Source of the DNA: an uncultured delta proteobacterium
GTDB taxonomy: Bacteria > Myxococcota_A > Polyangia > Polyangiales > B10-G4
Direction of reading: 5' to 3'
Assembly: GCA_963727445.1 (NCBI GenBank)
Contig: CAVSGI010000017.1
Span: forward strand, 96,001 to 160,000
Length of the DNA: 64,000 bases
Shown: in pieces, positions 20,789 through 32,742 of the stretch
Layout: the number at the start of each line of letters is the position of its first letter
Position numbering within the stretch: the stretch's first letter is position 1
The notes under the pieces: model-generated
Told to the model about the DNA's origin: nothing
Seen by the model: only the letters and a program-made list of their open reading frames with translations
Database searches by the model: none
Translations under genes and position numbers: made by a program

Positions 20789-22753
20789 ATGAGCCGCCGA
20801 GTTCTTCTACTCGACGACGACGAGAGCTTCCGGCGCATCGTCCGAGAAGCCCTCGAGGAAGCGGGGCTCGAGGTGATCGAGGCGATCAAGAGCCGCGATG
20901 CTCAGCGCATCATCGAAAACGACGCGCCCGACCTCGCGGTGGTGGACGGCCTTCTGCCAGACGAAAACGGCTTCGACCTGATCGCGCGCCTTCGCAGCCA
21001 GGGCAACCGCATCCCCATCGTCTTCGTCTCGGCCTTCTGGCGTGACATCGAGTCCTACAAACGGCTCACCCGCGAGCTCGACGTCGCGCTGGTGATGCAC
21101 AAGCCCCTCGACGCCAAGCGCCTGGCAGATCGCGTCGCCGTACTCCTGCGCAAGCGAAAGGCCCGCTCCTCGGAGCCGCGGATGACCCTGCCCTACGCAT
21201 CGCCGGACATCGTTCGTGACTATGCCCGTCAGCTGCCAGCGCGCCTCGAGGAGCTCAGAAATGCCATCGCCAGGCTGGCGGACGACTCCGAAGACGAAGA
21301 CGCGCGCTTCGCGGTTCGCCGCATTGCCCACAAGCTTCGCGGCAGCGCGGGCTCCTACGGCTACGAGGAGGTCGCGGACGTCGCGGGGCGCATCGACGAC
21401 GGGCTGGCGAAGGGAGAGCTGCCGGCTCCGGAGGAGGACCAGACGCTGGCGAAGCTCGCGAAGAGGTATCGCGAAGCCGAGGACCCGGAGGCCAACGATC
21501 CGCTTCTCCCACCACAGGTCGTCGACCGCCCGCTGATCCTGGTGGTGGACGACGACACCATGTTCCTCGAGGACGTGGTCGACATCGCCGAGGCGCACCT
21601 GATCGATCTGCAGGTCGCGAGCAGCCTCGATGACGCGCTGAAGCTCGCGGAGGCGGAGATGCCCGACGTGGCCTTCGTCGGCATGCCGCTGGGCGAGCCG
21701 GACCAGAGCCTGGTCCTGGTGAGCGCCCTGCGGAGCCAGCACCATTCCCTTCCCGTCGCCGTGATCGGCCTCGAGGAGAGCACCGAGGTGCGGACGGCGG
21801 CCGCGCGCGCCGGCTCCACCCTCTTCCTCTCCCATCCCGTGGACGCCGATGCCCTCGGACACGCGGTCTCCCGTTTGCGACGCCGCGATCCCGAGGGCCC
21901 CGATGCTGACGTGGTGGTGGCCGTGAGCGAGGACGACGTGCTTCGCGGTCGGCTCTCGAACCTCGAAGGGGAAGGGATCGCGCTCACCCACGCGAGCGCC
22001 GCGGAGGCCCTGGCCGCGCTCGACCGCAATCGCCCGGACGTGGTGCTTGTCGACGCCATGGTGGGGGCCTACCCGGGCGCCGAGCTCTGCCAGATGCTCC
22101 GCGCGACGCTCCACTACGCGGAGATCCCCATCCTGCTCTTCGCCCCCGGCGGGACGGCGGCGGAACGAACCGCAGCCCTCGAAGCCGGCGCGGACGACGT
22201 GCTCAGCAAGAAGGACATCGTCGGTGAGTGGGCCCGCCGGATTCACCTCGGCGCCCGGGCGGCGCGCCGTCGGCCCGTCGCGGCGGTCGACTCCGTCACC
22301 CACCTGCCGGGAAGGGGGCCCACCATGTCGGCGCTCGCCATCAAGCTCGACGAGGCGCGACGGCACGGACGGAACTTCGTCCTGGCGCTGATCGACGTCG
22401 ACGGGCTCGCGGAGGTCAACGTGGAGCACGGCCGGAGCGCAGGCGACCGGATCCTGGTCTCCCTCGCCTCCGCCCTGAGGAGCCGCTTTCGTTCGGAGGA
22501 CGTCCGCGGCCGCCTGGGCCCCGACGAGCTCGTCGTGGGCTTCAGCGACGCGGACCCGAAGGTCGCAGACGTCCTGTCGCGGGTGCAGCGCACCTTCGCC
22601 AGCCTCGAGCTGACCGCGCCCTCTGGGGAGAGCTACGGCGCGACCTTCAGCATCGGGGTCGCGACCTTCCCGCGCGACGGCAAGTCGGTCCCGGCCCTCG
22701 TCGCCGCGGCCGAAGCGCGACTGCTCTCCGACCGCGAGCGCGAAGAGAGCTGA
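20789..22753 (+). CDS. Multidomain response regulator REC-HPt-REC-REC-GGDEF (degenerate)
   Basis: VLLLDDD…VVDGLLP…KP; HPt AHKLRGSAGSYG; D..T.LP, IDVDGL..VN..HG...GD; RSED-x5-GPDEL. Confidence 0.85.
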   Translation: MSRRVLLLDDDESFRRIVREALEEAGLEVIEAIKSRDAQRIIENDAPDLAVVDGLLPDENGFDLIARLRSQGNRIPIVFVSAFWRDIESYKRLTRELDVALVMHKPLDAKRLADRVAVLLRKRKARSSEPRMTLPYASPDIVRDYARQLPARLEELRNAIARLADDSEDEDARFAVRRIAHKLRGSAGSYGYEEVADVAGRIDDGLAKGELPAPEEDQTLAKLAKRYREAEDPEANDPLLPPQVVDRPLILVVDDDTMFLEDVVDIAEAHLIDLQVASSLDDALKLAEAEMPDVAFVGMPLGEPDQSLVLVSALRSQHHSLPVAVIGLEESTEVRTAAARAGSTLFLSHPVDADALGHAVSRLRRRDPEGPDADVVVAVSEDDVLRGRLSNLEGEGIALTHASAAEALAALDRNRPDVVLVDAMVGAYPGAELCQMLRATLHYAEIPILLFAPGGTAAERTAALEAGADDVLSKKDIVGEWARRIHLGARAARRRPVAAVDSVTHLPGRGPTMSALAIKLDEARRHGRNFVLALIDVDGLAEVNVEHGRSAGDRILVSLASALRSRFRSEDVRGRLGPDELVVGFSDADPKVADVLSRVQRTFASLELTAPSGESYGATFSIGVATFPRDGKSVPALVAAAEARLLSDREREES

Positions 22754-22757
22754 GGGC

Positions 22758-23135
22758 TCAGTGCACGTGCTCGTGGGCGGGCGCCGTTTGAACGGCGTCC
22801 TCGGGCAATGGCAGGAGCTGAAACTCGGTGGCGAGGAAATAGGTGTCGTAGAGGGTCCCGGAGACGCGGGCGTCCCTCAGGGTGCTGCACATTCCGCCGG
22901 GGCCGTGGGCGTCGTGCTCCGCGTCCGAGGGGAGCGCGTCGCCCCGCACCATCACCTGCTTGTCGTCGAAGCGCGCCGCCCAGAAGCAATCGGTGCGCCC
23001 CTCCATGCGCATCTGGCACATGCCGCAGCCCACTTGGACGATCTGACCGTCGATCTCCTTGCCCCCGTCGCCGCAGCCGAGAGCCGCGACGACGAAGGCG
23101 AGGGTGACGAGGGTGAGGTGCTTGAGGGGGGTCAC
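22758..23135 (-). CDS. Small lipoprotein resembling DUF6370 (CGMC…C…HDAH…C), possibly metal-binding
   Basis: Lipobox ALGC; VGCGMCQMRMEG…DAHGPGGMC…ARVSG; HEHVH tail. Confidence 0.6.
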   Translation of the reverse strand: MTPLKHLTLVTLAFVVAALGCGDGGKEIDGQIVQVGCGMCQMRMEGRTDCFWAARFDDKQVMVRGDALPSDAEHDAHGPGGMCSTLRDARVSGTLYDTYFLATEFQLLPLPEDAVQTAPAHEHVH

Positions 23136-23146
23136 TTTGCGCCGCG

Positions 23147-25108
23147 CTACGGAACGGTCGGGATGTCGTACCGCATCGAGTAGTTCATCCCGCTTCCGCC
23201 GGTGCCGCGCGAGTCGATGAAGACCGCGTTGACGCCGCGATTGACCGACGTCGCCGAGATACGCGAGCCGAAGTTGGCCGAGTCCCCGCCCGTGCCCTGG
23301 CAGTTCATGGTGAAGGGGCCGTCGTCGTTGCACGCCACCTCGGATCCGTCCTCGCCGCTGTGCACGTACATGACCGGATCGTAGTAGTCGGTGCCGTTGG
23401 CCCGCTCGTAGGTGCCGCCGTCGGCAGCGCAGAGGCTCAACAGATTGACGTCCTCTCCGCAGCTCGCGAACCAGCGCATGTCCTCGCCGGAGCGGGAGCT
23501 GAAGCCGCCGGCGCACATGTCCATGGCCTCGCTGGTGCCGACGAGCACGGTGTTGGTGGTGGTCCCGACGCCGTCGAGGCGGGCGCCGTAGAGGAACCCG
23601 GTGTCCGGCAGGAACTGGACGTGCAGCGTGAAGCTGCCGGTGGAGACGGTGGAGAAGCCGCCGACAGAGATGTAGTAGGTGCCCGCCCCCAACGAGCCGC
23701 CAGCGCAGGACTGGAGCGCCGAGGTGAAGTCGCCGCGTCCGCCACAGCAGTCGTCGTTGCACAGGCCGGGGTTGGTGGTGGTGCCGCCGTAAACCGAGAC
23801 GGCCGCGCCGGAATCGTCGGTCACGAAGATGGCCGTGTCGTACATCGAGTCGGCGGTGTCGATCCAGAGCACGCCCCGCGAGGGGAGCGTGACGCTGTAC
23901 CAGACGTTGGGGCCGTTGGCCGCGCAGCCGCTGATGGTCGGGCCGTCGCGCGTCGCGTCGACGTTGCTGCCCATCACCGTCGCCTCGCTGCCGTCGGTGG
24001 GGAGCATCACAGCGACCGCGTCGGTACGATCGTCGTTGGCGGGGCGGCATACGCCACCACCACAGCTCTCACCCATGGCGCACGCCGTGCCGCAGTCGCC
24101 GCAGTGCGCGTCATCGGTGGCGAGGTCCGCGCAGTCGCTCCCGCAAAGGACCGAGCCCATGCCGCAGGCCGCGGTGCAGGTACCGCCGACGCAGGTCTCC
24201 GAAGGCGTCGAGCAGCTCGTGCCGCAAGTGCCGCAGTTCGCGTTGTCGACGTCGGTGTTCACACAGGTGCCCGAGCAGTCGGTGAGGCCGCCGGGGCACA
24301 CACAGGCGCCGTCCATACAGGCCTGACCCGTGGGACACGCCATCCCGCAGGAGCCGCAGTTCATGGCGTCGGTCATGACGTTCACGCACGAGCCACTGCA
24401 GTCGGTGGTGTCCATGGGACACTGGCACGCGCCGGAGACACAGCTCTGACCCGCGGGGCAGGCCATGCCGCACGTGCCGCAGTGCTCGCTGCTGGTCATC
24501 AGGTCGACGCAGATGGTCCGCATCCCCATGCCCATCTCGTCCATGACCTCACAGGCGCTCTCGCCCGAGGGGCAGGCGGACACGCACGATCCACCGCTGC
24601 ACATCTCGTCGGTCGCGCATGTGGTGCCGCAGGTGCCGCAGTTGCCGCTGTCGGTCTGGGTGTCGGTGCACGCCGCACCGCAGCGCTCCTGTCCCGCGGG
24701 GCAGGTCTCCGGCTGGCAGGCGCCGTCCATGCAGCTCTCGCCGACGTCGCAGGCGTTGCCGCAACGACCGCAGTGCTCGTCGCTGGTGAGCTCGATGCAG
24801 CCCGCACCGCAGTCGTCCTGGCCTGCCGGGCAGGTCATGGCCGTCTGGCACATGCCGTCGCTGCAGGTCTGGTCGGCCGCGCAGGCATTGCCGCAGGCAC
24901 CACAGTGCGCCGGGTTGCTGTTCAACAGGACGCAGGAGCCGGCGCAGTTGGTCCGGCCTGGCGAGCACGATCCGGGTGTCCCGGTGTCGCGCATGATCGA
25001 GGTGTCGCGGACACCGCTGTCGAGGGGCGGCGGGGGGGTCCCGTCGTTTGCACACCCTGAAGCGATGAAGAGCGCCAGAAGCGCGATCCAAGAAAAGCTT
25101 CTCATCAT
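23147..25108 (-). CDS. Cys-rich repeat lipoprotein (MXAN_6577/STIG1-like repeats) with C-terminal CNDD domains
   Basis: Lipobox IASGC; seven C.D…D..(N/H)CG.CG..C…C..G.C repeats; two CNDD motifs. Confidence 0.85.
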   Translation of the reverse strand: MMRSFSWIALLALFIASGCANDGTPPPPLDSGVRDTSIMRDTGTPGSCSPGRTNCAGSCVLLNSNPAHCGACGNACAADQTCSDGMCQTAMTCPAGQDDCGAGCIELTSDEHCGRCGNACDVGESCMDGACQPETCPAGQERCGAACTDTQTDSGNCGTCGTTCATDEMCSGGSCVSACPSGESACEVMDEMGMGMRTICVDLMTSSEHCGTCGMACPAGQSCVSGACQCPMDTTDCSGSCVNVMTDAMNCGSCGMACPTGQACMDGACVCPGGLTDCSGTCVNTDVDNANCGTCGTSCSTPSETCVGGTCTAACGMGSVLCGSDCADLATDDAHCGDCGTACAMGESCGGGVCRPANDDRTDAVAVMLPTDGSEATVMGSNVDATRDGPTISGCAANGPNVWYSVTLPSRGVLWIDTADSMYDTAIFVTDDSGAAVSVYGGTTTNPGLCNDDCCGGRGDFTSALQSCAGGSLGAGTYYISVGGFSTVSTGSFTLHVQFLPDTGFLYGARLDGVGTTTNTVLVGTSEAMDMCAGGFSSRSGEDMRWFASCGEDVNLLSLCAADGGTYERANGTDYYDPVMYVHSGEDGSEVACNDDGPFTMNCQGTGGDSANFGSRISATSVNRGVNAVFIDSRGTGGSGMNYSMRYDIPTVP

Positions 25109-25252
25109 AATCCCTCCAGCCGCGAGGCGGCTGCTGACTCGGTCGCCGTCGGGGCACGAAGCTCCGGCGGGATAACCCCCGATAGATCGCAGACTTTACA
25201 CAATCCGCAAACGCTTTGCGGCCTACGGCCCGGCCGACCCCTACCTTCCCGT

Positions 25253-26021
25253 TCAGAATCGGCCGCTCAGGACCATTCCGCCCGGAACAATTGCCGAGAT
25301 CTGCGTCCGCCCCACCCTCTTCGTCGTCGCCCAGGAGATCGATCACGCCCCAGACCACGCCCCCCACGGTGATGACCGCGCCGACGATGATGAAGACGTT
25401 GGCCAGGGTGGCGAAGGAGGAGGCCTCGTCGTGGAGGTTCTTCGCGGTCACTTGCACCGGCTCCGTCTCGGCCTGCGAGGCGCGCGACTGGCTCATGGCG
25501 CCGAACACGCCGCCCACCGCCACCACAGCGAGCCCTGCGGCGGTGACGATCCAGGGAGCGGCGCTGACACCGCCGCCGCCTTCATCGGTCTCTTCTGACG
25601 CCTGGTCGTCGGCGGCGGCGATCTGCTCACTCGCGTCGTCGGGCTCCGACAGTTGATCGCGTTGCGCGCGCAGCGTCCTCAGGCGCGCCTCGACCGCGCC
25701 CCGATCTTCGGCGTCGGGCGCTTCCTCGATGTAGCGTTCGTAGTTCTCGATGGCGCCTTCGAGATCACCGTCGCCCTCGAGAGCGCGCGCGAGGTTGAAG
25801 AGCAGCAGCGGGTCCTGATGGAGCGCGTAGGCGCGCCGGAGCATCGCCGCCGCCTCGTCGAAGCGTCCCTCGTTGTAGGCGCCTTCGCTCTCTTCGAAGA
25901 GGAGCACGGCGCGCTGAAGGTCCGGATCCTCTTCTTCTTCCTGTGCACTTACTACACCCACCCACATGTGGCATGCGAGCATCCACGGGAGCATCAGGGC
26001 GGCGCGCTTCGAGATCGTCAC
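25253..26021 (-). CDS. TPR protein with C-terminal hydrophobic helices; apparent +1 frameshift near 25296
   Basis: Signal peptide, TPRs (AYNEGRFDEAA…LLFNLARALE…YERYI); shifted frame ends AIVPGGMVLSGRF*, a typical C-terminus for this class. Confidence 0.75.
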
Positions 26022-26050
26022 CGGCTCGGAGTGTACACTAGTAACGCTTC

Positions 26051-27727
<1,677 letters not shown>

Positions 27728-27788
27728 GCCGCCTCGGCAGGGCCGGAGCGTGGACGCGAAAGCGCCCCAGGGTGCCCTCGTGCCGGGC

Positions 27789-27816
27789 TTGACAAAACGA
27801 ACGTTCGTTCTATTCT
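27789..27816 (+). promoter_or_regulatory. Sigma70 promoter with a TetR operator palindrome in the spacer
   Basis: TTGACA(27789)-16 nt-TATTCT(27811); perfect palindrome AACGAACGTTCGTT at 27796-27809. Confidence 0.8.
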
Positions 27817-27823
27817 GTTCCTC

Positions 27824-28408
27824 ATGAGCAAGGGCGCCGAGACCCGCGACCTGATCTTGAGGAAGGCCCTCGACATGGCCAGCCTCGACGGGCTCGAGCA
27901 GCTCACCATCGGCTTGCTCGCGAAGACCGTGGGGATGAGCAAGAGCGGGCTCTTCGCGCACTTCAACTCCAAGGAACAACTACAACTTTCGGTGTTGGAG
28001 AAGGCGACCGAGCGCTTCGTTCGGGAGGTGGTGACCCCTGCACTTCGGGAGCCCCGCGGCGAGCCTCGGGTGCGTGCCCTCTTCGACAATTGGATCGGCT
28101 GGGAGGCCTCCTTCCCAGGCGGCTGCCCCTACCAGAGCGCGATGGTGGAGTTCAATCACAAGCCTGGAATCGTTCGGGATTACCTCCTCAAGACCCAAAA
28201 GGACTGGCTGGATGCGCTCCGCCAGGCCGCCCAGATCGCCATCGAAGAGGGGCACTTCTCCTCCGCGCTCGACCCCGAGGCCTTCGCTTTCCAGTTCAAC
28301 TGCCTTGCCCTCGGCTACTACCAGCACAAGCATTTCTTTCGGGATGGGACCTCGAAGGCCCGTACCCAGAAGGCGTTCGAAAACCTGCTCGAGAGCGCTC
28401 GGGCCTAG
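27824..28408 (+). CDS. TetR/AcrR family regulator
   Basis: GLEQLTIGLLAKTVGMSKSGLFAHFNSKEQL HTH; PGGCP. Confidence 0.92.
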   Translation: MSKGAETRDLILRKALDMASLDGLEQLTIGLLAKTVGMSKSGLFAHFNSKEQLQLSVLEKATERFVREVVTPALREPRGEPRVRALFDNWIGWEASFPGGCPYQSAMVEFNHKPGIVRDYLLKTQKDWLDALRQAAQIAIEEGHFSSALDPEAFAFQFNCLALGYYQHKHFFRDGTSKARTQKAFENLLESARA

Positions 28409-28416
28409 GAGAAGAG

Positions 28417-29307
28417 ATGGCGACCCTCACACCACCAGAGCCACGCCCAGAAAAAAGCACGAACGGTCGCTCTTTGACACTCCAGGCGCTGAAGTGGGGC
28501 AGTCGCCTCGCCGCGCCGATCGCGCCCGAGCTCACGGCGAATGCCCTGACCGATCTCTTCTGCACGCCGCGCTCACGGCCGCTGTCGAAGCGGCAGCGCG
28601 AGGTCCTCGGCGCGGCGCAGAGCTTTCGGGTCGAGCACGAAGGCCGCTTCCTCGACGCCTGGTCCTTCGGCCGCGGCCCCACGGTTGTGCTGGTGCACGG
28701 CTGGGCCGGCCGGGGGGCGCAGCTCCTGCCGTACGTGGCGCCCCTGACCGCCCACGGATATCGGGTCGTCCTCTTCGACGCGCCGGCGCATGGCGAGAGC
28801 GACGGACGGACGACCAACCTCGGTGACTTCTCCCGGTCGATCGCGAGCGTGCTCCGCACCCTGGGCGGCGCGCACGGGATCGTCGCGCACTCCATGGGCG
28901 GCGCAGCGACCGCGGTGGCGATGGCGCGCTATCTCGAGGCGCGGCCCGAGCGCCTGGTCTTCGTCGCGCCCCCGATCCACCCCAGCACCTGGATCGCACG
29001 CTTCCAACAGATGCTGAGTCTCGACGACGAGATGGTCGAGCGTCTCACCCGCGAGATCGAACGCCGCGCGCGCGTGCCCCTCGACGAGATCCACGGCGAC
29101 GTGATCGCTCGCGACATGAACACGCCGCTGCTCGTGATCCACGACCGCGAGGATCGCGAGGTGCCCTACGCGTCGGGGGAATCGATCGCCCGCGCCTGGC
29201 CCGGCGCAGAGCTGATCACCACCGAGGGCCTGGGCCACAACCGCATCCTGCGCGACCCCGCGATCATCGACGCCGCCGTGCGCTTCGTCGCCGGCACGAA
29301 CCGATAG
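28417..29307 (+). CDS. Alpha/beta hydrolase
   Basis: LVHGW, FDAPAHG.S, AHSMG nucleophile, IHDRED, GLGHNRIL. Confidence 0.9.
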   Translation: MATLTPPEPRPEKSTNGRSLTLQALKWGSRLAAPIAPELTANALTDLFCTPRSRPLSKRQREVLGAAQSFRVEHEGRFLDAWSFGRGPTVVLVHGWAGRGAQLLPYVAPLTAHGYRVVLFDAPAHGESDGRTTNLGDFSRSIASVLRTLGGAHGIVAHSMGGAATAVAMARYLEARPERLVFVAPPIHPSTWIARFQQMLSLDDEMVERLTREIERRARVPLDEIHGDVIARDMNTPLLVIHDREDREVPYASGESIARAWPGAELITTEGLGHNRILRDPAIIDAAVRFVAGTNR

Positions 29308-29318
29308 GAGAAGAGGCC

Positions 29319-29507
29319 ATGAACGAAAGCCGAAAGATCCGTGACCCACAGTTCGACGCGTTTTCCGAGGCCGCTGGCGCGGCCATCGAGGCGGCCCTCG
29401 ACGACATCGAGATCCCCTGGCCGCGCCTGAGCTTCCTGTCGGAAGTCCTCGGCCGAGTCGTGCCGAGGCCCGTGCTCAAGGAAGCGCTTCAGGTCGCGGA
29501 GGGCTGA
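29319..29507 (+). CDS. Small hypothetical protein (62 aa)
   Basis: AGGAG/GAGG RBS directly after the hydrolase stop. Confidence 0.4.
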   Translation: MNESRKIRDPQFDAFSEAAGAAIEAALDDIEIPWPRLSFLSEVLGRVVPRPVLKEALQVAEG

Positions 29508-31153
29508 TCGCTCATCAGGGCGCGGTAGGCCATCTGATCGTCGTACATCCGCTGGAAGACCCGCTGCTTCCGCTCGTGGAAGGCGCGGACCTCTCCGCCC
29601 GCGGGCTCGATGGTCTCGCCGGCGGCGTTCATCGCGCCCATGGCGTCGATCACCGATTCGAAATCGCCCGCAGCGACCGCGCCCAGGATGGCCGAGCCGA
29701 GGAGCACCGCCTCCTGCTCGCGCGGCAGCACGATTCGGCAGCCGGTGGCGTCGGCGTGCTCGCGGAGGAAGACGGGATTTTTCGCGTCCCCGCCGGTGGC
29801 GATCAGGGTGTCGATGCGGTGCCCGGCAGCGTTCATCGCCTCGATGATGTGACGCGTGCCGTGGGCGATGCCCTGAATCGTCGCCAGGTACTGGAGCGCG
29901 AGGGAATCGATGGTGTCCCAGAGGGACAGGCCGGTCACCATGGCGCGGAGCGTCGGGTCCGCGCGTGGGCTGCGGTTGCCGTGGAAGTACGGCAGGACGT
30001 GCATGTCGCGGGTGAGCGCCGCCGGAAACGGAACACCCTCCTTCGCCGCCAGCTGGTCCAGGCGATCGTTGAGCAGCGCGTACACGTTCGTTCCGCGCTC
30101 GTCGGCAAGCGCCGCGAGCTCGGCGCCGCGCGCGTGGGAGAGGATGATGTGATCGATCGCGGCGCCCGTGGCCGACTGGCCACCTTCGGTGAGCCAGAGC
30201 CCGGGAACCATCGCCGAGAAGTAGGGTCCCCAGACGCCGTCGACGTAGCGCGGCTCACGGCTCACGGCCATGTGGCAGCTCGACGTGCCGCCGATGAGCG
30301 CGAGGCGACGCTCGAGGTCCTCCGCGGTCGGCGCGCGGCCCTCGAGGGGCGCACCGAGCACGCCGACGCCGCCTGCGTGGGCGTCGATGATGGAGACCGC
30401 CACCGGCGTACCCGCCGCGAGACCGAGCGCTTTGGCGCCTTTCTCGGTGAGGTCGCCGGCCTTTTCCCCCATCGGGCGCACGTTCGCGCCGATACGGCGG
30501 TGCCCATCCGACGCGAGGTCGCCGAGACCGATCGCCGCGAAGTAGGCGTCGTCCCAGCGGCCGCCCTCCCCTTCGTGACCCAGATAGGTCCACTTGCAGA
30601 CGGTGGTGCAAAGCGAGCGCACGTCGCGGCCGGTGGCCTGGTAGACCAGGAAGTCGGGCAGATCGAGAAAGCGCGCCGTGCGCTTCCAGGTGTCGGGCAG
30701 GTTCTCCTTGAGCCACAGGAGCTTCGGCGTCTGCATCTCCGGTGAGATCACGCCGCCGACGTAACGCAGCACGTCGTGTCCGCCCGCGTTGATCCGCTCG
30801 GCCTGCGCGACGGCGCGGTGGTCCATCCAGACGACGACGTTCTGCGCGTCCTCGCCGCTCGGGCTGATGGTGACCGGGCGGTCCTCGGCGTCCAGCGCAA
30901 CCAGCGAGCAGGTCGCGTCGAAGCCGATCCCCGCCACGTCCTCGGGCGAGACGCCGGCTTCGATGAGGGCGAGACGCACCGCCTGTCCGCAGGCCTGCCA
31001 GATGTCCTCGGAGGACTGCTCGACGTAGTCGTGCTCCGGGCGCCACATGTCGATCTCGCGGCTGCCCATGCCGACCAGGCGGCCCTCGGCGTCGAAGACG
31101 CCGGCGCGCGCGCTGCCGGTCCCGACGTCGATCCCGACGTAATGGCCGCTCAC
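29489..31153 (-). CDS. FGGY-family pentulose (ribulose-type) kinase
   Basis: [54 protein letters not shown] overlap with the upstream gene. Confidence 0.9.
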   Translation of the reverse strand: MSGHYVGIDVGTGSARAGVFDAEGRLVGMGSREIDMWRPEHDYVEQSSEDIWQACGQAVRLALIEAGVSPEDVAGIGFDATCSLVALDAEDRPVTISPSGEDAQNVVVWMDHRAVAQAERINAGGHDVLRYVGGVISPEMQTPKLLWLKENLPDTWKRTARFLDLPDFLVYQATGRDVRSLCTTVCKWTYLGHEGEGGRWDDAYFAAIGLGDLASDGHRRIGANVRPMGEKAGDLTEKGAKALGLAAGTPVAVSIIDAHAGGVGVLGAPLEGRAPTAEDLERRLALIGGTSSCHMAVSREPRYVDGVWGPYFSAMVPGLWLTEGGQSATGAAIDHIILSHARGAELAALADERGTNVYALLNDRLDQLAAKEGVPFPAALTRDMHVLPYFHGNRSPRADPTLRAMVTGLSLWDTIDSLALQYLATIQGIAHGTRHIIEAMNAAGHRIDTLIATGGDAKNPVFLREHADATGCRIVLPREQEAVLLGSAILGAVAAGDFESVIDAMGAMNAAGETIEPAGGEVRAFHERKQRVFQRMYDDQMAYRALMSDQPSAT

Positions 31154-32685
31154 TTGGATGCCCCAGTTCTGTCCTCGAGTATGCGCACGGCGAATCCCAT
31201 CTCCTGCGATAGCGCCACCATCTCCTCGAAGACGTCGCCGTAGGCGACGGCGACGTGGTTCGACAGATAGTGCGCCATCAGCGTGTCCCGGCCGATGCCC
31301 ATGTCGGCCGCCATGAAGGGCCACTGCCGGGTGGTGCCCTCCCACCAGGCGTCACGCACCTCGGCGGGGAGCTTCACGACCTCGCCGCGCCCGATGTCCA
31401 TCCACAGCCGGCCGCCGCGGATGTAGGCGCGCGCCCAGGTCATCTTCCCCGGCAGGCTCTCGCCGGCGAAGGTGCCCCCCGGCGTCGGGAAGTAGAGCGA
31501 CGGCTGCCGGTAGCTGTGCGCGCCCTTCAGGGTGTCGGGGTCGTGATTGAAGGCGTAGGCGCCGCAGCTACCACTGTTGAGCAGGACCCAGAGGAAGCGT
31601 CCGTCGTGCTCGGCGCCCCAGCGCACGTCGTGGAACATCACCGCCTGGTGCAGGCCCTTCTTCTTCAGCAGGCGCTTGAGCATCTCCATCGGAACGACGT
31701 TGCCCTGGTCGGCCTCGGTGGCGGTGGCCACCGTGTCGCCGTTCGACTCGGGGCGGCAGGTCGAGTTCAAGAGGCCCTCGGCGAAGTCGCTCGGCGGCCT
31801 GAGGGGGATCAGCCCGAGCTGGTACTGCCAGCCGAGGCAATCGGCGCGGAACTCCTCGAGCATGTCCTTGACCACCAGGTAGTCGCGCAGCTGCTCACGG
31901 GTCGCGTCTTCGTCGAAGTCGTCTGCGCCGTCCTCGCCCCAGTGGAACGTGACGCCCTTTTCCTTCACGAATGAGAGCGCCTGGTCGATCCTCGTATCGG
32001 CGATGCGCCGGCCGCGGTCGATGATCCAGGCCTGGTCGACCTTGTGCTCGGTGAAGCCGTGCTTGTTCAAGAGGCGTGGGCCGAAGTAGCCGTTGATCAT
32101 CCCCATCGAGGTGTCGCCCAGCATCAGGATGAGCGCACGGCGCGCGCGGAGCTCGGCAGCGACCTCGGAGGCGATCTTCGAGGCGGCCTCGGAGATGGGC
32201 GCGTGATGGCGGATGGGCTCCTCCCCGTAACGGATGACGCCGGTGGTGCACCACTCGTCGAGGCGCTCCATGAAGGTCGCGTCCGCAGCGAAGTCGGGGT
32301 TGTCGGTCCAGATGCGCGAGAAGGGTCTCTCGAGGCTCTCGAGGCAGGCGCCGGTGTTCAGCAGCCCCACCAGACCCGGCCACTGACCGCTGAAGTTGCT
32401 CGCGAGCAGGAGAGGGTTGTCCTTGCCAACCACTCCGTCGGTGGTGTGCGGACCGTAGAGCCAGTGCACGCAGACCCCGATCATCGGATCGTCGATCGGG
32501 CCGAGCTTCTCGATCGCGTGATGTGGCTTCGAGAGGAAGCCTTCGACGCGATAGGGCTGGCGGCCGAGCTTCTCGATCGCTCTTTCGAGCTGCACGGTGG
32601 CCTCTCGGACGTTGTCGATGGCGAGCTCGTTCGGTTTGTCTCTGGCGTCGCCGGGCCAGAACAGCGCGATGCGGGGCTTCATCAC
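31150..32685 (-). CDS. L-fucose/D-arabinose isomerase-like protein
   Basis: [51 protein letters not shown]; context of sugar kinase and ABC transporter. Confidence 0.7.
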   Translation of the reverse strand: MMKPRIALFWPGDARDKPNELAIDNVREATVQLERAIEKLGRQPYRVEGFLSKPHHAIEKLGPIDDPMIGVCVHWLYGPHTTDGVVGKDNPLLLASNFSGQWPGLVGLLNTGACLESLERPFSRIWTDNPDFAADATFMERLDEWCTTGVIRYGEEPIRHHAPISEAASKIASEVAAELRARRALILMLGDTSMGMINGYFGPRLLNKHGFTEHKVDQAWIIDRGRRIADTRIDQALSFVKEKGVTFHWGEDGADDFDEDATREQLRDYLVVKDMLEEFRADCLGWQYQLGLIPLRPPSDFAEGLLNSTCRPESNGDTVATATEADQGNVVPMEMLKRLLKKKGLHQAVMFHDVRWGAEHDGRFLWVLLNSGSCGAYAFNHDPDTLKGAHSYRQPSLYFPTPGGTFAGESLPGKMTWARAYIRGGRLWMDIGRGEVVKLPAEVRDAWWEGTTRQWPFMAADMGIGRDTLMAHYLSNHVAVAYGDVFEEMVALSQEMGFAVRILEDRTGASK

Positions 32686-32742
32686 AGGGCCTCCCGGTAG
32701 GACGCCGGATCCTATAGGCTCTCGGCGCGTACGGGGAACCTG

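Noticed and set aside
23147..25108. TraA kin-recognition receptor
   Set aside because: No N-terminal PA14-like domain, no MYXO-CTERM tail and no adjacent traB
25205..25221. CCGCAAA-cgc-TTTGCGG inverted repeat
   Set aside because: A 7-bp stem could be an operator but is single-copy and too short to support
24549..25252. C-terminal extension of the TPR ORF overlapping the Cys-rich gene
   Set aside because: Explained by a single-base frameshift near 25296; the extension is non-protein-like
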